NCBI RefSeq assembly: GCF_006345805.1
Contig: NW_021828578.1
Location: forward strand, 1-7,992
Source: Octopus sinensis
Taxonomy: Eukaryota
Length of the DNA stretch: 7,992 nt
Direction: 5' to 3'
The position numbers were made by a program, and so were the translations under genes. Positions 7,233 to 7,992 of the stretch are shown one piece after another (the stretch's first letter is position 1; each line of letters opens with the position of its first letter). The notes beneath the pieces are model-generated. The model was not told the DNA's origin and made no database searches. It saw only the letters and a program-made list of their open reading frames with translations.

Positions 7233-7459
7233 ATCTACATTAACGTTTTGCTGAATTAATACTGCGCCAAATGTAGGTATGATATTAAACTAACAGTCAT
7301 CCAATGGGAACGATCAACATTGTCAACTGCTTCCTGTCAGCTCAACAGTTCTGTACTTTATAGAAATGTATCAGTCCACGTTTAGTCACAGGGGGATGGT
7401 CGAAGATCCTTCCACAACATCCTCTTACCTTTTTCATTGCTAGACCCCATTCACTTCAG

Positions 7460-7935
7460 GGGGTCTTGTCTTGCTGGTGACTTGGTGACCTCACCAGTGC
7501 TGGCTGGTGCCACAAAAGAAATAAAAAGCACATAGTACACTCTGTCAAGTGGTTGGCATTAGGAAGGGCAACGAGCTGGCAGAAATGTTAGCACGCCGGG
7601 CTAAATGCGTAGCCGTATTTCGTCTGCTGTTACGTTCTGAGTTCAAATTCCACCGAGGTCGACTTTGCCTTTCATTCTTTCGGGGGTCGATAAATTAAGT
7701 ACCAGTTACTCACTGGGGTCGATGTAATCAACTTAATCCTTGTGTTTGTCCTTGTTTGTCCCCTCTGTGTTTAGCCCCTTGTGGGTAGTAAAGAAATAGG
7801 CATTAGGAAGGGCATCCAGCTGTGAAAACCCTGCCAGAGCAGACATTGGTGCCCGGCACAGCCATTCTGGCTTGTTGGTTCCTGTAAAACCATCCCTCCC
7901 ATACCAACATGGAAGACAGAACATTAAACAATGTG
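7460..7935 (+). mobile_element. Family D retroposon fragment interrupted by a family B SINE
   Basis: Removing 7571-7814 restores ...GGTTGGCATTAGGAAGGGCATCCAGCTGTGAAAACC..., a motif I recall from RTE-related repeats. Family identity and boundaries are tentative. Confidence 0.55.
7571..7798 (+). mobile_element. Family B tRNA-derived SINE with 16-bp TSD
   Basis: Perfect direct repeat GGCATTAGGAAGGGCA at 7555-7570 and 7799-7814; B-box GAGTTCAAATTC 7639-7650; homologous to 4028-4244. Confidence 0.93.
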
Positions 7936-7992
7936 GTGATCCTTAAGATGAAAACCATCTGATCAAGGAAGACCACCCGATCCCTTAGTGGT

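Noticed and set aside
7423-7431. Consensus-like minus-strand splice donor AAG|GTAAGA
   Set aside because: No convincing upstream acceptor or coding frame; it adjoins repeat-derived sequence.
1-7992. CRISPR array, operon or other prokaryotic system
   Set aside because: No regularly spaced repeat-spacer units and no gene-dense structure; the sequence is eukaryotic repeat-rich DNA.

Overview
This is non-coding, repeat-dense, AT-rich eukaryotic DNA. The SINE families and (TA)n/(TG)n tracts look like an octopus (coleoid cephalopod) genome; that assignment is my recognition of the repeats, not a search result. No protein-coding gene is supported: nearly all listed ORFs are translations of microsatellites or SINEs. 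The window holds about 8 full or partial copies of a composite tRNA-headed SINE (family A), two SINEs with perfect 16-17 bp target-site duplications (family B), two SINEs that share a head and body but differ in tail (C and E), a fragment of another retroposon (D) interrupted by a B copy, and a 288-bp hAT/Charlie-type MITE. The letters A-E are my working labels. The main observation is on the minus strand at 1505-1570. All hammerhead-ribozyme core elements (GUC, GAAA, CUGAAGA) and three complementary helices are present, but in an order matching none of the circular types I, II or III. This is a candidate non-circularly permuted hammerhead, carried in a segment that appears inserted into the (TA)n linker of a SINE. 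There is also a ~100-nt pre-miRNA-like hairpin in unique sequence at 453-552.
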